A stretch of DNA of 64,000 bases, from assembly GCA_964247055.1 (NCBI GenBank), contig OZ176055.1:310001-374000 (forward strand), written 5' to 3'. The translations under genes and the position numbers were made by a program. Positions 61,278 through 64,000 of this stretch are shown here, piece after piece. The notes under the pieces are model-generated. The model did no database searches and had not been told where the DNA came from. It saw nothing but the letters and a program-made list of their open reading frames with translations. The number at the start of each line of letters is the position of its first letter. Within the stretch, counting starts at the first letter, position 1. The stretch comes from Paragordius varius. Lineage: Eukaryota; Animalia; Nematomorpha.

Positions 61278-63926
61278 TTAGCTTCTTCGGAATTCACATT
61301 TGAAAATTTTGATGAATGTCGTTTTAAATTGTTGATTGGCTAATGCATACATGAAGGGATTCAATGGGCTGTTTAAGTAGCATAACCAATAGGTAAAACT
61401 ATAGAAATGGGGATTTATAGGGAATTCGGGATTAAAACCGCGGAGCGTTTCACAAATGTGATATGGTGTCCAGCACAATATGAAGGCACCCATTATGCAT
61501 GTTATAGTACGCAATGCTTTACGTGCCCTATTTTCTGATTTCGATTTTTTACGATCACTCGGTCGCATAAATTTTTGCTTTATTTTTAGGAGATTGATAG
61601 CTGGTGCACCCCCACTCCCTTTGTTCTGGTTAAATAGACCGTTAAATTTTGTGGGAAACATATATTTTCCATCTAACAGGTGTTTGTCTTCCTCTACACT
61701 GATTGATGCTAACTGTTGACTATTACGTATGCTGATGGATGAAAATAAACTACTTGTACGTTTATTTTCTTTACGGGTGCTTTTGGAGTTTTTTGGTTGT
61801 TTATGGGCAGGATTGGGTCTAGTTGGAGACCGCGATTTGTCATTTTTACCCTGTTGAAGTTTGTTTTTATCGTGATTTTTGTCTGCAAGGCTTGTCTGCT
61901 CTTGGCTTATGGGTGGGTAAGGAGTGAGAGGTGTCATAGTGGTCATGTTGGATTGGAATGATTGAGATCCTGGAAGCATTGAATCTGAAACGGAATACTC
62001 GTGATTCAAATTGGGCAAAAATAATTTTTCACGATCAGCTGATTGTTTTTGTGCGTTATTTTGACCTTGCAATGCATTTTCGTTAAATGTTGTGCTAACC
62101 ATAAAATTGGTATCTCCATTAGATATATGATTGCCATTATCCTTGGTGATTTCTGGGGCATAGTGGTCATATAACGGATCGGATGAACTGAAATCAGTAT
62201 GCCGAAAGTTGGTGTTTTTATTTTCGGAATCATCGAAATATGTGTCATCATCTGTGACGGTAGGGGTCGTCGTTGTTATAAAAATATTTAAATTTGTGAT
62301 TTTTTTCAGCAATTTAGGTGTTAAACTAAGGGAATGTTTAGCTGCTGATATAATGGCACCACTGTCAGTTAACATGGTATAAGTTAAACTAGTTTGCGTC
62401 ATAACGCTTCGCGTAACTGCCGTAATGCTATTCATTAAGTAGTTTGAACAACTACATGTTAAAGGCATTTTATTTGTAACCGTGGTCGTATCAATAACTT
62501 GTTTAGAGGTTTCGGAAAGATCCATGTCTGGATTTAAGGATGGCGCTGTTGGATTGAGGAATTCTTGATTTAAATTACTGTGATATGATTTGAGTGGTAA
62601 CAAAGAGCTTTCATCACTTTTCTCTTTCCGTAAATTTATAAGGGGGGACGTGGAAAAAGGCAAATTTATTTTTTTGGTCATTAAACTTTTGACTGGAATG
62701 GCGGGTGATTTTGGACCACCAGTAAGTTTCCGAGTAAGAAAGGAGTTTTTATGCTCACTCTTTTTATCCTTGTGTGATTTACTCAATTTTTTCTTAACTG
62801 CAACGTGTTGTTTCGAGGGTTGATTTGAAACGATTTGGGAATCGGAATCTGACGGTAGAGACAAACTACTTGATTTATCTTTTTCGACTGCGTTATCTCC
62901 TTTCAAGACAATTTTATTGGCAGCACCAATTTTACCACCTTTGAGTTGAATCGTCATTGCATTATTTGATGAGTATTTATCTTTGAATGTTTGAACATGT
63001 CCGATTAAATTATTATTCCTTTCGCCATCATTTTTGGTCGAATCTTGGTCTGCTTTGGCAGTTATGTTTTGGACGAGCGTTAAGGCTCTTTTTTCTTTAT
63101 CAACAGCTTTTTTAGCTAAATCATAGGCCACTTTGTAGATACCGGCATAGAGAGATAATAAAATAACTAACATGGACCAGTAATAAAAGAATATAAGGGC
63201 AGTATTGAATATTCGGTCATCTCGAAACGGAACATAACATTGATTTGGTTCAACATCCCGGCCCCCAAAGAAAAATGGCCACCCGAAAATGGCTACGAAA
63301 AAGATTGCTATAGGTATGGCCCAAGCCAAGTAAATCATAACTTTAACTTTTAGCGGAGTTCTCCATTCCCGATACTTGGTTGGTATTTTAACTGAACAAT
63401 ACCGATCTAAAGTTATAAAAAAGACCGTGTATTGTGATGCCAAACACACTGTGTAATCCGTGGCGAGCCATAAATCACACAAAATTTCTCCCAAGGGCCA
63501 ATAGCCCAGCAATAGATACAGGGAATAAAATGGCATTGAACAAACGCCTATGATCAAATCGGACACGGCTAAGGAAACTATATAATAATTTGTTGGTTGT
63601 CGTAAATTGCGTTCATAAGCAAAGGCAAACAGAACTAACAAGTTTCCGCCTATCGTGACGGCTGAAGTTATAACTGTAAGTATGATAATTATAACGGTTT
63701 GTGGAAGTGTATAGGGCATAGCGGAAGCCATGGTCGCTAAATTACTGACATTTGTTGCATTAGTGGTCAGCATTGAGATTGGAAAGATAGATGTCAGATT
63801 GAGAGATGACTGTTGTTGCTGTTTTTGACTACTCATAAAATTAGCGTATGAAAACTTTGTAATATTGGAATGGTGATTTGAGATATTAGGATAGGAAAAT
63901 TTTGATAAAGATTGTAAAGGTATCAT
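61278..63926 (-). CDS. mAChR-B: B-type muscarinic acetylcholine receptor (insect mAChR-B / C. elegans GAR-1/GAR-2 class), single exon, 882 aa
   Basis: TM3 CDLWLATDYTVCLASQYTVFFITLDRYCSVKIP (D3.32; VCLxSQYTV is typical of B-type), KSKSENRARKALRTIT, TM6 CWTPYHI (H6.52 as in B-type), TM7 YWLCYLNSPLNPFMYALAN. Very long S/T-rich third intracellular loop. Confidence 0.93.
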   Translation of the reverse strand: MIPLQSLSKFSYPNISNHHSNITKFSYANFMSSQKQQQQSSLNLTSIFPISMLTTNATNVSNLATMASAMPYTLPQTVIIIILTVITSAVTIGGNLLVLFAFAYERNLRQPTNYYIVSLAVSDLIIGVCSMPFYSLYLLLGYWPLGEILCDLWLATDYTVCLASQYTVFFITLDRYCSVKIPTKYREWRTPLKVKVMIYLAWAIPIAIFFVAIFGWPFFFGGRDVEPNQCYVPFRDDRIFNTALIFFYYWSMLVILLSLYAGIYKVAYDLAKKAVDKEKRALTLVQNITAKADQDSTKNDGERNNNLIGHVQTFKDKYSSNNAMTIQLKGGKIGAANKIVLKGDNAVEKDKSSSLSLPSDSDSQIVSNQPSKQHVAVKKKLSKSHKDKKSEHKNSFLTRKLTGGPKSPAIPVKSLMTKKINLPFSTSPLINLRKEKSDESSLLPLKSYHSNLNQEFLNPTAPSLNPDMDLSETSKQVIDTTTVTNKMPLTCSCSNYLMNSITAVTRSVMTQTSLTYTMLTDSGAIISAAKHSLSLTPKLLKKITNLNIFITTTTPTVTDDDTYFDDSENKNTNFRHTDFSSSDPLYDHYAPEITKDNGNHISNGDTNFMVSTTFNENALQGQNNAQKQSADREKLFLPNLNHEYSVSDSMLPGSQSFQSNMTTMTPLTPYPPISQEQTSLADKNHDKNKLQQGKNDKSRSPTRPNPAHKQPKNSKSTRKENKRTSSLFSSISIRNSQQLASISVEEDKHLLDGKYMFPTKFNGLFNQNKGSGGAPAINLLKIKQKFMRPSDRKKSKSENRARKALRTITCIMGAFILCWTPYHICETLRGFNPEFPINPHFYSFTYWLCYLNSPLNPFMYALANQQFKTTFIKIFKCEFRRS

Positions 63927-64000
63927 GGCTTTTGATGTAATTGTCCTATGTAAGTTATGTGTTGGTTTTAGTGTCGTATTTAAAATGTTATCACTACCTG

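Noticed and set aside
35603-62823. Short ORFs overlapping real genes (35603, 44589, 44707, 45392, 54684, 61480, 62006, 62590)
   Set aside because: Antisense or alternate-frame shadows of GC-richer coding sequence.

Overview
AT-rich eukaryotic DNA from an invertebrate animal. The protostome-type muscarinic receptor supports this; a parasitic worm such as a nematomorph is my unverified impression. Six intact protein-coding genes were reconstructed by hand: NUDT14 (+, 5 exons), PRPF3 (+, 10 exons), an intronless orphan class-A GPCR (+), a secreted alpha-carbonic-anhydrase-fold protein lacking all zinc ligands (-, 3 exons), a TMBIM/Lifeguard gene (-, 8 exons) and an intronless B-type muscarinic acetylcholine receptor (-). 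Most of the rest is repeats: several MITE families, four non-autonomous Helitrons, decayed hAT elements, a Harbinger-like insertion, a ~167-bp satellite array of about 30 monomers and a 2.3-kb long inverted repeat. The most unusual signals concern splicing. (1) Seven frame-required GT-AG introns are only 23-35 nt long. (2) Several long introns look like such tiny introns stuffed with self-complementary MITEs. (3) PRPF3 exon 7 is bracketed by six tandem copies of its acceptor junction upstream and three tandem copies of its donor junction downstream, some frame-compatible and some frame-breaking, which could be a splice-site decoy or autoregulation array in a spliceosomal gene. No CRISPR, rRNA or tRNA features were seen. 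All coordinates and identities are hand-derived; no searches or alignments were run.
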